Shown here: one piece after another, positions 25,677 to 26,162 of the stretch
Layout: each line of letters begins with the position of its first letter
How positions within the stretch are numbered: the stretch's first letter is position 1
Assembly: GCA_017411585.1 (NCBI GenBank)
Contig: JAFQPV010000080.1
Coordinates: 1-26,162 of the forward strand
Origin: Clostridia bacterium
GTDB taxonomy: Bacteria > Bacillota > Clostridia > UBA1381 > UMGS1253
Reading direction: 5' to 3'
Length of the DNA: 26,162 nt
Notes under the pieces: model-generated
What the model saw: only the letters and a program-made list of their open reading frames with translations
Database searches by the model: none
What the model was told of the DNA's origin: nothing
Made by a program: the position numbers and the translations under genes

Positions 25677-26162
25677 ATGAAATTATCCACTTTATTACAA
25701 GCGGTAAATATTGTTGGCGGCAATACAGATGTTGAGGTGCGCAATATTGCGTACGATTCGCGCAAAGTCGAAGCCGGTGATGTGTTTGTATGCATCAAGG
25801 GCTACGCAACAGACGGGCATACCTATGTGCAAAAAGCGATTGAAAACGGTGCCGCTGCCATTGTGGCACAAGACCCGATTACGGCAGAGGTTCCGGTCGT
25901 TTATGTACAGGATACGCGTCTTGCACTTGCACAAATGTCGAAGGTCTACTATGACAGACCGGACGAAAAAATGAAAATCATCGGCGTAACGGGCACAAAC
26001 GGCAAGACAACCGTTACGTATCTGATTAAGCATATTTTAGAGCAGAACGGTGCAAAAGTAGGCTTGATTGGAACGAATCAGAATATGATTGGTGCGCAGG
26101 TTATAGAAACAGAGCGAACAACGCCGGAATCAAAGGAGCTTTATGCCATGTTTGCCGATATG
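25677..26162 (+). CDS. murE: UDP-MurNAc-dipeptide:diamino acid ligase MurE, 5' part (truncated by window end; absent from the ORF track)
   Basis: Manual translation: MKLSTLL..AYDSRKV..GDVFVCIKGYATDGH..IIGVTGTNGKTT..GLIGT..TTPES; SD-like GAAGGTG upstream. Confidence 0.95.
   Translation, partial: MKLSTLLQAVNIVGGNTDVEVRNIAYDSRKVEAGDVFVCIKGYATDGHTYVQKAIENGAAAIVAQDPITAEVPVVYVQDTRLALAQMSKVYYDRPDEKMKIIGVTGTNGKTTVTYLIKHILEQNGAKVGLIGTNQNMIGAQVIETERTTPESKELYAMFADM

Noticed and set aside
25650-25678. TTGACA before murE as a promoter
   Set aside because: No -10 at 16-18 bp spacing, and it would collide with the start codon.
1-26162. CRISPR arrays, tRNA/rRNA genes, riboswitches (including TPP near thiN), prophage or defence genes
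   Set aside because: No repeat-spacer pattern or RNA-gene signature was seen; intergenic gaps are short and accounted for by promoters, terminators and RBSs.

Overview
Core-genome segment of a Clostridia-type firmicute, almost entirely co-directional on the + strand. It holds the likely left end of an IS3-family element (1-101, minus strand, truncated by the window) just downstream of gltX (minus). A divergent uvrC-pgeF-orphan family-5 solute-binding lipoprotein unit follows, then the conserved yloC/yicC-remA-gmk-rpoZ-coaBC-priA-def-fmt-(YugP-like peptidase)-rsmB-rlmN-stp-pknB-rsgA-rpe-thiN superoperon ending in a terminator. The window ends with the start of the dcw cluster (mraZ-rsmH-ftsL-spoVD/ftsI-murE, murE truncated). 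I see no rRNA, tRNA, CRISPR array, prophage or defence island, and no evidence for a wholly new multi-gene system. The most unusual signal is within the PASTA kinase/phosphatase pair. The kinase has HQD instead of HRD and an activation loop lacking the usual distal phospho-threonines but carrying acidic residues, and the cognate PP2C phosphatase has altered DH and flap motifs. Other notable items are non-coding: phased MraZ boxes with A-tracts, a CodY-like palindrome, a terminator-like hairpin before spoVD and back-to-back sigmaA promoters. All family assignments come from motifs read by eye; no database search was run.
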